Shown piece by piece: positions 28,736 through 38,771 of a DNA stretch of 64,000 nucleotides (its first letter is position 1; each line of letters begins with the position of its first letter). This DNA is from Thermodesulfobacteriota bacterium (GTDB lineage: Bacteria > Desulfobacterota_D > UBA1144 > Nemesobacterales > UBA2774): NCBI GenBank assembly GCA_963422265.1, contig OY729416.1, positions 1,472,001 through 1,536,000 on the forward strand. The letters are read 5' to 3'. The notes under the pieces are model-generated. The model was not told the DNA's origin and made no database searches. It saw only the letters and a program-made list of their open reading frames with translations. The translations under genes and the position numbers were made by a program.

Positions 28736-29802
28736 TTGAAGTTTCGCTCCACTCTTTCTCTGGCTTTGGTTCCCATAGCTTGAATGTCCGGACTTTCAAT
28801 CATTTTCTTTAGTGCATAGCCCCAAACTTTGGGGTCACGGGAATCCAGCAGTATGCCGGTTTTGTTATTGACAACGATTTCTTTCATACCGTCGTTTGCT
28901 GTTGCCAACACCGGAACTCCACAAGCCATCGCCTCCACAAGGGTAATGCCGAAAGCCTCTTTTCCTACGGACGGCTGCACAAGAATGTCAGCGAGGCGGT
29001 AAAATTTTGCCAGTTCTTTATTGTCCACAACTCCTGTGAATACAACGCGTTCCGCAACACCGACCTCTCTTGCAAGAATTTCCAATTTATTACGGGCAGC
29101 TCCGTCACCCACGACAACATAGCATATGTCTGGAACCTCAGACAGAGCGCGAATCACTATATCAAGACCCTTCCATCTAACCAGTCTTCCGACGCTTATT
29201 ATTAACTTGCAGCTGTCTGACAAACCCAGTTTGTTGCGCAATATAGACGGTGGTTCCCCCGGAGAGAAAATCTCAGTATCCACCCCATTGTAGATTGTTT
29301 TTACATCCTGACTGTAGCGCTCCCTTATATCATGCGCATTGGCGTTACTGCATGAAACATATGTGTCAACAGACCCGGCAAAAATCCTGTCTCCTAGATA
29401 GAAGTCGCTGCCGCCTGAAGCGAAGACGACATGTGCCTTCAGCCCCTTGCGTTTTGCCAGCCACATTGTGGGGAAATCGGTGGGTTTATGGATTATCACG
29501 ATGTCATATCTGCCTGTTAATAGAGCAGGAAGGGCGGATTTTGCAAAAGAGATTCTTTCCAGAAGTTTGCGAAAAACCGGTCGTCCAAGATCGGGGAAAC
29601 ATTCGCGGGAGCGGAAGGGGAAACCTTCATAATTAACAAATTCATTGCGCTTATAAACCGGTTCGCCTGTGAGAATAGTTACTTGGTGTCCCCTTAGCAC
29701 TAACGTCCTGCCAAGTTCCCAGCAGTAGGTTTCAATTCCACCGCCTTCGCGTTTCCCGGCGGCAACTTCAAAAAAGGCAATTTTCATATCTCTGCTGCTC
29801 AT
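28690..29802 (-). CDS. GT4 glycosyltransferase
   Basis: 'VGRLVRWKG', 'EAFGITLVEAMACG'. Confidence 0.92.
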   Translation of the reverse strand: MSSRDMKIAFFEVAAGKREGGGIETYCWELGRTLVLRGHQVTILTGEPVYKRNEFVNYEGFPFRSRECFPDLGRPVFRKLLERISFAKSALPALLTGRYDIVIIHKPTDFPTMWLAKRKGLKAHVVFASGGSDFYLGDRIFAGSVDTYVSCSNANAHDIRERYSQDVKTIYNGVDTEIFSPGEPPSILRNKLGLSDSCKLIISVGRLVRWKGLDIVIRALSEVPDICYVVVGDGAARNKLEILAREVGVAERVVFTGVVDNKELAKFYRLADILVQPSVGKEAFGITLVEAMACGVPVLATANDGMKEIVVNNKTGILLDSRDPKVWGYALKKMIESPDIQAMGTKARERVERNFKWSLAAEKVEQLIRN

Positions 29803-29910
29803 ATGAAGGGCAATTTTAGATTATACTGGGAAGCCATTATAATAAGAAACCCTTTTTATAGTATATTATAATTACAAACTACAAAACTTTCTTGTTGAGT
29901 CCGTTTAGCA

Positions 29911-31080
29911 ATGTCCAAATCTTCAACAGCTCGTATAAAAAAGTTGGTCTATGTTCACCGCTCTCCTTTTCCGGGAGAAAAGGCTCATCACGGAGCAATA
30001 GCAAAAATGATTGATGCCTTTTCAAGAAAATTGGACGTTACCCTTGTGTTACGCAAATATCGCAGAGACTTTACGCATAACATTCAAGACTATTTCGGGC
30101 TGGAGAGGGATTTGAATATAAAAGATTTACTCTCGCTGGGGGTTCTTCCTTTTAGTATGGATTTTGTTTATCACCGCTCGCTTGACGGAGAATTTCTCCG
30201 ACTCTCTAAAGACTTTCCCTACGGAGAAGTTGCAGTCTATTACAGATATTCGAAATCCACCGGGGAAAGAATGGCAGCTCACGCATACAGGCACAAAGTT
30301 CCTTTTTTCTGCGAGGTACACACTCCTCTCAAATCCCGCAGTGAAGTTGATTCTCTGAGAGAAATGAAAGGGATTGTTGTTATTACCGAATGGCTGTTCC
30401 AACACTTAACTGATATGGGTGTCAGCCCCGGAAAAATTTTAAAGGCTCCTAGCGGTGTTGACATAGATTTTTACGACAGAAAGCGCGACTGCTCCAAAGA
30501 AGAAATTAGAAGAAAACTGTCCATTCCGGCGGATAAGTATCTGGTTGTTTACACTGGCAAGCCATATGAGGGAAGAGGCACAGAAACCCTAATTGAGAGC
30601 GCAAAGTTCCTTGACTGTCCTACACAGGTTTTAATCATTGGATGCAGACCGGAAGATTTGAAACGGCTCGGGGTGACAGTTAAAAAATACGGGTTGTGGG
30701 ACAAAGTGAAACTTGAGGGACACAAGCCGCCAAATCAGATTCCTCTTTACCAATTAAGTGCTGATGTTCTTGTAATGCCGTATTCGCAAGAGTGGGATCT
30801 CCAGCAATCCGCTTCTCCGGTTAAGATGTTTGAGTACATGGCTTCCGGCAATCCGATTGTTTCAAGTGATTTCCCAATTATAAGGGAAATCTTATCGAGA
30901 AAGAACAGCGTCCTACTCGCACCTGACAATCCGCATCTTCTCGCCGAGGGGATAACAAAGTGTCTTAAAGATTCATCTCTTGTGAATTCAATAACGAGAA
31001 AAGCCCTGAAACAAGTCAGACAGTATAGTTGGGATAACAGGTCTGTGAGGGTTACAGATTTTATGAACTCTGTTTTGTAA
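29911..31080 (+). CDS. GT4 glycosyltransferase
   Basis: 'SPVKMFEYMASGNPIV'; paralog-like to 25290-26432. Confidence 0.92.
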   Translation: MSKSSTARIKKLVYVHRSPFPGEKAHHGAIAKMIDAFSRKLDVTLVLRKYRRDFTHNIQDYFGLERDLNIKDLLSLGVLPFSMDFVYHRSLDGEFLRLSKDFPYGEVAVYYRYSKSTGERMAAHAYRHKVPFFCEVHTPLKSRSEVDSLREMKGIVVITEWLFQHLTDMGVSPGKILKAPSGVDIDFYDRKRDCSKEEIRRKLSIPADKYLVVYTGKPYEGRGTETLIESAKFLDCPTQVLIIGCRPEDLKRLGVTVKKYGLWDKVKLEGHKPPNQIPLYQLSADVLVMPYSQEWDLQQSASPVKMFEYMASGNPIVSSDFPIIREILSRKNSVLLAPDNPHLLAEGITKCLKDSSLVNSITRKALKQVRQYSWDNRSVRVTDFMNSVL

Positions 31081-31199
31081 CACCATTCAAATTACCATTA
31101 TTGCTTGACAGGTTTGCTGAATAGATTAAATGGTAACGTGGGTAGTGATATAATTATTCCTCTCTGTTTTCCGATTGAGCAAATAATTTTCACGAATCA

Positions 31200-31838
31200 A
31201 TGAAAATGTCTTCCTCAAATTCTTGCAATATTTTTCTGATAGGTTATCCGGGCGCTGGGAAAACCACGCTGGGAAAACTTGTGGCGGAGAAAACCGGTTT
31301 GAATTTCTTTGACGGCTCCGTGGAACTAATGCACCGTCAGAAAATGAACAGTTCCGATATAAAATATGTCTATGGTCAATCCGGTTACGGAGATTTGATC
31401 AGGAAGATTATACTAGACACGGTTAATTCAACCCGAGGCAATGTAATAACCGTTCCACTTACTGCCATCCTCGACCCAGCATTTTGCGGTTTGATTAGGG
31501 AAACAGGCACGGTTTTCTATTTGTTTGTTCCGCAGTCGGTTATTGAACAAAGAAAGACTGATCGGAAACAGGTGCCTCTAATGAAAAAATGTTATTTTGT
31601 GCTGAGGAGGTTGCGCAGCCATCTGTATTCGCTTTGGTTAAAACAGACGGTCAAGGGAAAAGGGAAGAGTGAGTATGAGGAACGAAAGACTGTCAGGAAG
31701 TTGAGAAATTTGGTAGAGCATGAGTCGGAACTTCTTTTCCGTCAAGTTGCCTCCCATACTATTGATAATGCAGAACTGAATTTGGAGCAAGCAGCTGACA
31801 GAATTATAAAAATGGCAAATGCGGGAAGAAAATGCTGA
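31200..31838 (+). CDS. Divergent shikimate-kinase-like P-loop kinase
   Basis: 'NIFLIGYPGAGKTTLGK' AroK-type N-terminus, but no GGG substrate motif and a basic insertion in the lid. Confidence 0.65.
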   Translation: MKMSSSNSCNIFLIGYPGAGKTTLGKLVAEKTGLNFFDGSVELMHRQKMNSSDIKYVYGQSGYGDLIRKIILDTVNSTRGNVITVPLTAILDPAFCGLIRETGTVFYLFVPQSVIEQRKTDRKQVPLMKKCYFVLRRLRSHLYSLWLKQTVKGKGKSEYEERKTVRKLRNLVEHESELLFRQVASHTIDNAELNLEQAADRIIKMANAGRKC

Positions 31839-33154
31839 CGAGTTCATCCGCTGAAAAAAAGAGTTTTCTCAAAAATGTTTCATGGCTTTTTGGCGGCGAA
31901 ATAGTCAGCTCGCTTTTTGCCATGCTTGAGACGGTGGCCCTTGCCCGTTTTCTCGGACTGGAGCAGTTTGGTCTTTTCAGCCTGGTTGTCGCATATGTGA
32001 ATATTGTAAAAGGGGTTCTGGACTTCAAAGTCAAAGGAGCAGTTATCAAATATGTGGGACGGTGTAGGGAGAATAATGAGAAAGGGAAAACTATTTCGTT
32101 CATCAAGCTGTTTTATCTTATAGATTTTCTTACAGGCGCGCTTGCTTTTCTCGCGGCGGTCTTGCTAGCGGGCATTGCGGACAGGTTTTTTATCAAGTCG
32201 GAAAGCGCCTTTGAATTGGTCTTTATTTACTCTTTTGCTCTTTTTGTTTCAACAGTCAATACAAGTTCCCGTGCGATTCTGGAAGTTTTCGAGAAGTTTG
32301 GCAATGTGGCTGTTGCGGACACCTTTGGGATTGGGGTGAGGGTTGGCTTTGTTCTTGTGTTTCTTGCCGCGGGGTTCGGAATAAAAGGCGCTTTTACGGG
32401 TTATGTTGCAGCGACTTTTTTGCATTTTTCCGTTTTGCAGTTTCTTGTGAATCGCGCTTTGGTCAGTGAGGAATTGAGCGGGTGGCTTAGCGCAAGCATT
32501 GGAACGGTGGCGAATGAATTCAGGAATGTTCTTTCATTTGTTATGAGCTTAACTGTTTCAGCATTTTTAAACAGAGTTCTGAACAGAAATTTCCCCATAC
32601 TTGTTCTGGGACATTTTTTCACAAGTGAAATCTCTGGGCTCTACAAGGCATCAACCGCTTTTTCAAAAGTGGTGAAAAACTTGAAATCTCCGGTAAAGAG
32701 ATCGATTTATCCCGCTCTTGTTAGACTTGAGCAACACGGTGCTTACGGTGATTTCAAAAAACTTGTTTTCTACTCAATAGGATTTGTGGCGAAATTTTTT
32801 GTTCCTGTCGGAGCCATATGTTTTATATTTGCGGACGACATTATAAGTATTTTCTTTGGGACGGAATTTGCTCCCGCGGCAAATGCGATGAGGATTTTTG
32901 TGGTTGTGGAGGTTTTGTCCGGGCTTTCTTTCTGGACGTCTCCCGTCTATCTCTCATTGGGAAGGACATGGTTCGTAACAATGCTGTCTCTTCTAGGTGC
33001 TTTGTTTTATACGGTTTCGCTATTTTATCTTTCCGCTGCCTATTCGTTTGAGGGCGCGGCTTTGGCAAGACTTGCCCCTTATCTTGTTACACTGCCTGCG
33101 GCTATTTTTCTTTTCAGAGAGATAAGGAGGAGGAGCAAAAAACAGAGTTTTTAG
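31832..33154 (+). CDS. Wzx/RfbX oligosaccharide flippase
   Basis: 'KNVSWLFGG', 'LARFLGLEQFGLF', about 12 TM helices. Confidence 0.88.
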   Translation: MLTSSSAEKKSFLKNVSWLFGGEIVSSLFAMLETVALARFLGLEQFGLFSLVVAYVNIVKGVLDFKVKGAVIKYVGRCRENNEKGKTISFIKLFYLIDFLTGALAFLAAVLLAGIADRFFIKSESAFELVFIYSFALFVSTVNTSSRAILEVFEKFGNVAVADTFGIGVRVGFVLVFLAAGFGIKGAFTGYVAATFLHFSVLQFLVNRALVSEELSGWLSASIGTVANEFRNVLSFVMSLTVSAFLNRVLNRNFPILVLGHFFTSEISGLYKASTAFSKVVKNLKSPVKRSIYPALVRLEQHGAYGDFKKLVFYSIGFVAKFFVPVGAICFIFADDIISIFFGTEFAPAANAMRIFVVVEVLSGLSFWTSPVYLSLGRTWFVTMLSLLGALFYTVSLFYLSAAYSFEGAALARLAPYLVTLPAAIFLFREIRRRSKKQSF

Positions 33155-33159
33155 ACTGA

Positions 33160-34314
33160 CTACTTACTGGCAGATTCAACAACCTCCCGAAACAGTTTTT
33201 CATGTTCTGAGACTGTTTTTTCAATGGTGAAGTTCTGCGCTCTTTTACGCGCGTTTTGAGACAGCTTTTCTCTCAGTTTACCGTCTTTCAATATTCTGAC
33301 AATCGCCCCTGCCATTGCCTTAGGATTTGCGACCGGGACGAGAAGTCCATTTTTGCCGTCTTCTATCATCTCATTAGCACCAAATTTGTGGTCGGTGCTG
33401 GCAATTGGAAGTCCAAGGGCTAAAGCTTCAAGCAATGAGTTTGAAAATCCCTCGTAAAGCGATGAAGAAATGTAAAGGTCCGCCGCTTTCATAAACGGAT
33501 ACGGATTCGGTTTTTCACCAACCAGTGATACACGGTTACCGAGATTCAATCTATCAATTTGAGTTAGCATCCTGCGCTTTACCCCTTCTTGTTCCCGACC
33601 GCCGACTATCATAAGTCTTGCTTTTACAGTTTGGTTCACAATTTCGAGGGCTTCAATAAGGTGAGGAAATCCCTTTGCTGGAACGAGCCTTCCAACTGAA
33701 ATAATAAGTGGAGCATCTTTGTCGTCTAGCCAGGGGTGTTTCACAATTTCACGGCTTTTTTTCTCTATTAATTCAATATCCAAACCGTTGTAAATTACAT
33801 GCGGTCTTGATTTAAGCTTCCAGAATCTCTGCGCCTCGTCTGCCAATCCGTATGAGTTTGCCACTATTTTTGTGGAAAGTTTCCTGCTTGATTTTCGCAC
33901 AAGAAAGGTCTGCAATCCGTGCGGAGTCCATAAGCTTGTTCTCATTTTTCGTGAAGGATTGTTAATCTCCGCCATTACCACAGGTATTCCCAGAATTTTC
34001 CCAACAATAGTTGATGGTAAGGGCATAACCCGTGAGTAGATGATATCAGGCTTAAAATCTCTTGCGGCATGCCAGACCGCAACTGCCTTCAGGATAGATT
34101 TGAGTGGCCATCTTTCAGTCAGGTTAAGTTTGGAGTATATGATGTTTCTTTCTATTTCTGGGGGATAAACTCCTGAAAATCCACCTTCCTTTTTCATAAT
34201 AAAGAGGGATGTTCCTTCTATATTCCTCAATCTAGCAAAGCCTTTCGCCAAATTTAAAATTTGTCTTTCTGCTCCTCCGATTTCAAGGTGTTGATTTACA
34301 AACATCACTCTCAA
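33160..34314 (-). CDS. GT4 glycosyltransferase (WabH/PglJ-like)
   Basis: 'GGAERQ', 'NPYPFMKAADL', 'EGFSNSLLEALALG'. Confidence 0.92.
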   Translation of the reverse strand: MRVMFVNQHLEIGGAERQILNLAKGFARLRNIEGTSLFIMKKEGGFSGVYPPEIERNIIYSKLNLTERWPLKSILKAVAVWHAARDFKPDIIYSRVMPLPSTIVGKILGIPVVMAEINNPSRKMRTSLWTPHGLQTFLVRKSSRKLSTKIVANSYGLADEAQRFWKLKSRPHVIYNGLDIELIEKKSREIVKHPWLDDKDAPLIISVGRLVPAKGFPHLIEALEIVNQTVKARLMIVGGREQEGVKRRMLTQIDRLNLGNRVSLVGEKPNPYPFMKAADLYISSSLYEGFSNSLLEALALGLPIASTDHKFGANEMIEDGKNGLLVPVANPKAMAGAIVRILKDGKLREKLSQNARKRAQNFTIEKTVSEHEKLFREVVESASK

Positions 34315-35432
34315 TGTCTTTGGTCCCTTAATATACTGTCAAATAGATTCATATACTTTGCGGTCATTGTTGCAACGCTGAAATGCCTCGCTCGCTTTTT
34401 TGCCTCTTTGCCCATTTCCGCGGTGAGGGCTTTGTTCTCAATCAGTCTCAAGATAGCGTCTGCCATTTTCGCTGGTTGTCCAACTGGGACGAGAATCCCG
34501 CTTTTTCCATCCTCTATTATTTCATCTGCTCCATATTTGTAATCGGTTGAGATGATGGGCATCCCAAGTGCAAGGGCTTCAGCAATGACAAGTCCAAATC
34601 CTTCAAAGATTGAAGAGCAGACACAAAGATCACATTTCACTGTGTATTTGTGGGGATTTCGCATTGGTCCAACCAGGTCGATTTTATCTTTTACTCCGAG
34701 ACTTTCGGCTTGTTCCATGAGTTGATTTTTCAGTTGCCCGCCGCCGATTATCAAAAGCCTCATAGATCTCGTTTCATTGACAATGCTTACTGTCTCGACG
34801 AGGTATTTGTATCCTTTCTGGGGTTTGAGTCTTCCAACGGCAACGGCAATAGGAATGTTATCGTCAAACCAGTGGTGCACAACTTTTTCTTTAGATTTTT
34901 CAACTATTCGGTCTATATCTAACCCATTGTGAATTGTAGAAGCATCAACGCCGAGCATTGCGGCGATTCCATGTCTGCCTTCATCGGATATGGAGACAAC
35001 ACAATCTGCCATTTTATAGCAAAGGATTTTGGCAAACCTGACAGCACCTCTAAAAATGAGTGGATGGAGCCTTAATTTTTCTCTCAAATTGTTGACTTCG
35101 GCAAGAACGGTTTTGATTCCCAACAGTTTTCCTACAACCACTGTTACGCCTTTGGTTGTCCAAAGTCTGCTGTATAAGATGTCCGGTCTTTTTGCTTTCG
35201 CAGCTTTGTATATTGCCAGCGTTCTTGAAAGAAAGTTAAGGTGACCTGGGATGCTAAAAACAATGTCAACCTCATTGGGCAGCTCTGAGATCAGGTCCCC
35301 TTTTTTGTCAGTAAGTAGCAGGACGACTTCGCAATTTCTTTGAATAAGTCCTTTAGCCAAATTGATTATTTGTCTTTCCGAACCACCTCCGTTTCCAAGA
35401 TTGAGATGGGGGGTTACAATCATCACTCTCAT
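34311..35432 (-). CDS. GT4 glycosyltransferase (WabH/PglJ-like)
   Basis: 'GGSERQ', 'GRLKPQKG', 'EGFGLVIAEALALG'; tandem paralog of the neighbour. Confidence 0.92.
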   Translation of the reverse strand: MRVMIVTPHLNLGNGGGSERQIINLAKGLIQRNCEVVLLLTDKKGDLISELPNEVDIVFSIPGHLNFLSRTLAIYKAAKAKRPDILYSRLWTTKGVTVVVGKLLGIKTVLAEVNNLREKLRLHPLIFRGAVRFAKILCYKMADCVVSISDEGRHGIAAMLGVDASTIHNGLDIDRIVEKSKEKVVHHWFDDNIPIAVAVGRLKPQKGYKYLVETVSIVNETRSMRLLIIGGGQLKNQLMEQAESLGVKDKIDLVGPMRNPHKYTVKCDLCVCSSIFEGFGLVIAEALALGMPIISTDYKYGADEIIEDGKSGILVPVGQPAKMADAILRLIENKALTAEMGKEAKKRARHFSVATMTAKYMNLFDSILRDQRH

Positions 35433-35778
35433 TCTTACGCGTGCCTCAGAGCTTAAATCAGGTCTATAATACCTAATGTCATGTTACTTTTGGGGAAAGA
35501 AAATCAAACCATTGGGTTTTTATAAAGATGTTTGACCCTTTCTAGCTGTATAATATACACGGCGTTAGCGGGGATATGCTTGAACCTATGAGTATTATTG
35601 TAGGAAACAAATAAGTAACGTCAACAGAAGATTGTTGTTAATTCAGTATTGAGGAATGATTGGGGAATGTGTATAATGAAGATAATGATGATCCTATAGG
35701 GATGGCTTAGGGATGTTTACTAAGTCCAAGTTTTTGTTGGGATAAACCAATCTGTATTTGAGGAGGAGTGTGCTTGTT

Positions 35779-36280
35779 ATGAAGAGCATAAAAAGATGGG
35801 GAGGGGGGGATACCTCACATGTATTTAGTCTTGCCAGCGTTTTAACACTGGTTTTGATTAGTTTTATGGTGGTAGGGGGGATGTGGGGGGAGCAATAGTA
35901 ATTCTGCGGCAAAGCCAAAGGAGATAAGAACCGATTGTTTTTCCCGTTCCGATTTTCTCAATGGAGCAAATATCAATTCAGACCAAACTTATTGGGAATG
36001 TATCTTTGTTGATAGATCATACATTGATTGGGAGTTTTACTCTGATAATACTATGTATTTTGAAACCATAACTGATGGTTATCGTGGTCGTTATTCATAT
36101 GATGGGTGCAATACGATAGGTTTAATATCACAGACAGGAGATGCCTCAGGCCATCTTACTATCAAAGGACTATCAAGAGACAATGGAACAATGTCTTTGG
36201 CTGTATACATGCAAGGATATGGTCTAACTATATCAGCAGATAGTAACTGCACTTTAGAGTCCTATATAGAAGAAGATTAA
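35779..36280 (+). pseudogene. Lipoprotein frameshifted in a G6 tract at the lipobox
   Basis: RBS gaggagg, ATG 35779, hydrophobic signal. Removing one G at 35875-35880 gives ..VVGG-CGGSNSNS.. open to 36280. Confidence 0.7.
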
Positions 36281-36322
36281 ACAGTAGCTGAGAGAGGTAG
36301 TGGGTATGCTCGCTAGTGTTAT

Positions 36323-36750
36323 CTACAACTCAGACAAAGACCTCAGCAGAATCTCATCGCTTTTGTCTAGGACAAGGTAAGGGCGAGGAGGGATTGTAAC
36401 TTTTCGGTTTCTGCCTGCTTTTCCACCGAGTTGCTGGATGCGGGCGTAGGATTTATTAGTGCCGACGGTGGCAGAGAGGTTGTCGGAGTCGGCAGATATG
36501 GAGCGGGATAGTTCGCCAGTGTCGCGTAGTATAGGATGATGTCCTCTTTTCTTGCTCTTTTTTTCTGTTTGGCAGTGGAGTTGGAGAGAGGAGTCTATTT
36601 GGGGCGACCTTCTTATTCGAAGTTTTCAGCGACGGCGTCGAGTATAACGTCTGCTATGTCCCTCATTTCTGCGGATAGGTCTTTGGACTTTTTGAGTAGC
36701 ACTCGTGCGAGGTCGTCAATTTGTTTTGTGTTGGCGGAGATAGTAATCAT
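36323..36750 (-). pseudogene. Phage virion morphogenesis protein (Mu gpG/Phage_tail_S-like) remnant
   Basis: Manual translation ENFE*EGRPK*TPLS..LRDTGELSRSI..VGTNKSYARIQQLGG..IPPRPYL; two stops and a frameshift. Confidence 0.8.
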
Positions 36751-36875
36751 TAGAGTGTAATGTATAGGGGGAGAGGGAAAGGCAAGAATGTCTGAACTGT
36801 GATTTGAATGATTGAATGATGGGCTATGATTTGGGCATTGTTTTTAAGAAACATATTAAGAAGGAGGGGATAGAA

Positions 36876-37574
36876 ATGCAGGATGCTTATAGAAGGTTCA
36901 TAATTCGGGTAGGTAGGGTATCAGTGATTGGAGGAATGTTTTGTTTATTATTGGCAGGCTGTCTTGCCATGTTGGGATGTTCTTACAAAGTAGCCGCTCC
37001 AACAGCGACCACCGTAGAAATACACTCTTCTTATGAGAATCGAATAAAAGGCAATTGGGGAATTGTAGTTGACAAGCGTTCTACTACCTTTGAGAGAGAA
37101 ATATCACCTTCTAGCGATGTATGTTCTATGAGTAACTTCATTTTTACCCCAGGGGACTCTATTAGAATTTCTTCTGTTAATACTTTAAAGAAAGTATTTG
37201 AAAATGCTACCTTACTGGACAGGTCTCCGACTAAAGAAGACATGGAGAAGAGCAATCTAGATGGCTACGCTTTAGTAGAACTTGAAGGCTTTGTTCCTCG
37301 TATAGCATGTCGTAGCGGATTTTGGAGCGATAAATGCACAGTAGATGTAGATATAGAGTTTGGAATAAACGTTAGAAGCACTGGAGGAAAGTTGCTAGGA
37401 ATATCCGTTGGTTCGAGGAAGGCCGTTGATGGGGACAGTGGGGTTTTTTCTTGTGGGGCTATATCAGAGTTGTTTAGTGAGGCTTATAGGCAAGCCTTGA
37501 GTGACAGCATGGAAGAGATGGCGGAAGAAGTGTCTAACTCGAGCAGAATAAGAGAATACGTTTCGCAAAGTTAA
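36876..37574 (+). CDS. Hypothetical lipoprotein
   Basis: RBS aggagg, lipobox 'LAMLGC', Cys-containing mature region. Confidence 0.7.
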   Translation: MQDAYRRFIIRVGRVSVIGGMFCLLLAGCLAMLGCSYKVAAPTATTVEIHSSYENRIKGNWGIVVDKRSTTFEREISPSSDVCSMSNFIFTPGDSIRISSVNTLKKVFENATLLDRSPTKEDMEKSNLDGYALVELEGFVPRIACRSGFWSDKCTVDVDIEFGINVRSTGGKLLGISVGSRKAVDGDSGVFSCGAISELFSEAYRQALSDSMEEMAEEVSNSSRIREYVSQS

Positions 37575-37586
37575 AGAGTAAAAGCT

Positions 37587-37640
37587 CCCTCACCCCGACC
37601 CTCTCTCTGGTTCGATAGTTCACCAACCGAGGGCGAGGGA
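37587..37640. repeat. CCCTCACCCC-type palindrome with nested TGGTTCGA..CACCA mini hairpin
   Basis: ccctcaccccgaccctctctc[tggttcgatagttcacca]accgagggcgaggga. Confidence 0.65.
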
Positions 37641-37818
37641 GAAAAGAAGAGATCTCTCCGTTTTGGTGGTAATGATAGGATAGGGGGGAAACACCATGCT
37701 GCGGATCATCTTGCTGGATTGGGCGGGATATAAATCTCCCTTCAACAAAAGAGAAACTAAGATTGCAGGGCGACAGATTGAGAATGTTTTACTGAAAGTT
37801 AGCGATTTCGTCAATACT

Positions 37819-37894
37819 TGGAGCGGGCGACGGGATTCGAACCCGCGACCCTAAGCTTGGGAAGCTTATGCTCTACCAACTGAGCTACACCCGC
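37819..37894 (-). tRNA. tRNA-Gly (CCC)
   Basis: GCGGGTGTAGCTCAGTTGGTAGAGCATAAGCTTCCCAAGCTTAGGGTCGCGGGTTCGAATCCCGTCGCCCGCTCCA, 76 nt cloverleaf. Confidence 0.97.
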
Positions 37895-38027
37895 ACCCAA
37901 CATAACTCTGGAATTTATTATAAACTCAAATGAATGTCAATAACTAAAGGGATGACTGTCCGCGGATTATACCGATTTATCCCAGTCTTCAGAACCGTGC
38001 AAACTTCGTAAGCTATCACCCCTGGTT

Positions 38028-38762
38028 TCAATACCTGACTTCCTTTAAGTAAAGTCCACAAGCGGGAGCTGCTAGGGCGAATTTGGGTTTTTCTCCCGCA
38101 TCCAAGATAGTGTGAAACTCCTCAGGAGTAATTCTTCTCCTACCCACTTGGACGAGCGCTCCGGTCAATAATCTAACCATACGTTTTAAGAACCCGTCCG
38201 CTTCAATTGTAAGTTCAACCATATCGCCTTTTTGCTCGATCGTCGCGTCTAAGACGGTTCTTGTAGTGGTTTTTAGGTTGTTTCCCGTTTGAGCGAAAGC
38301 CCTAAAATCATGCTTGCCAAGAAGTATCTTGCAGGTTTCTCTCATGCTCATCAAGTCTAGCTCGTAGGGGACGTGCCACGTCCTTTGGCGAAGTAACGCC
38401 GAGGGGAAGGGACGATTTAATATCCTGTATAAGTAAACCTTGCTTTTGGCGGAGTATTGGGCGTGAAACCCAGAGTCCACGTCTTCGGCGCTTAATATAA
38501 CCACGTCCTTAGGAAGCGCCGAGTTAAGCCCCTTTTGAAATTCTATAGGTTTCACAGAGCTATTTGTCTTAAAATTAGCTACTTGCGCAAACGCGTGCAC
38601 GCCAGAGTCGGTTCTGCCCGATCCCGTAAGAATAACGTTTTCATTCGTAATGCTTTTCAGAGCGTTCTCAATCGTGTCCTGTATCGTAGGTCCTTGGCGT
38701 TGCCTTTGCCATCCCAGATAGTTTGTTCCATCGTATTCTATAGTAAGCCTTACGTTCTTCAT
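38028..38762 (-). CDS. truA: tRNA pseudouridine(38-40) synthase
   Basis: 'YDGTNYLGWQRQ', 'SGRTDSGVHA'. Confidence 0.97.
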   Translation of the reverse strand: MKNVRLTIEYDGTNYLGWQRQRQGPTIQDTIENALKSITNENVILTGSGRTDSGVHAFAQVANFKTNSSVKPIEFQKGLNSALPKDVVILSAEDVDSGFHAQYSAKSKVYLYRILNRPFPSALLRQRTWHVPYELDLMSMRETCKILLGKHDFRAFAQTGNNLKTTTRTVLDATIEQKGDMVELTIEADGFLKRMVRLLTGALVQVGRRRITPEEFHTILDAGEKPKFALAAPACGLYLKEVRY

Positions 38763-38771
38763 GGACGCTGC

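Noticed and set aside
36536-36760. Plus-strand 74-aa ORF
   Set aside because: Antisense shadow of the phage morphogenesis pseudogene.
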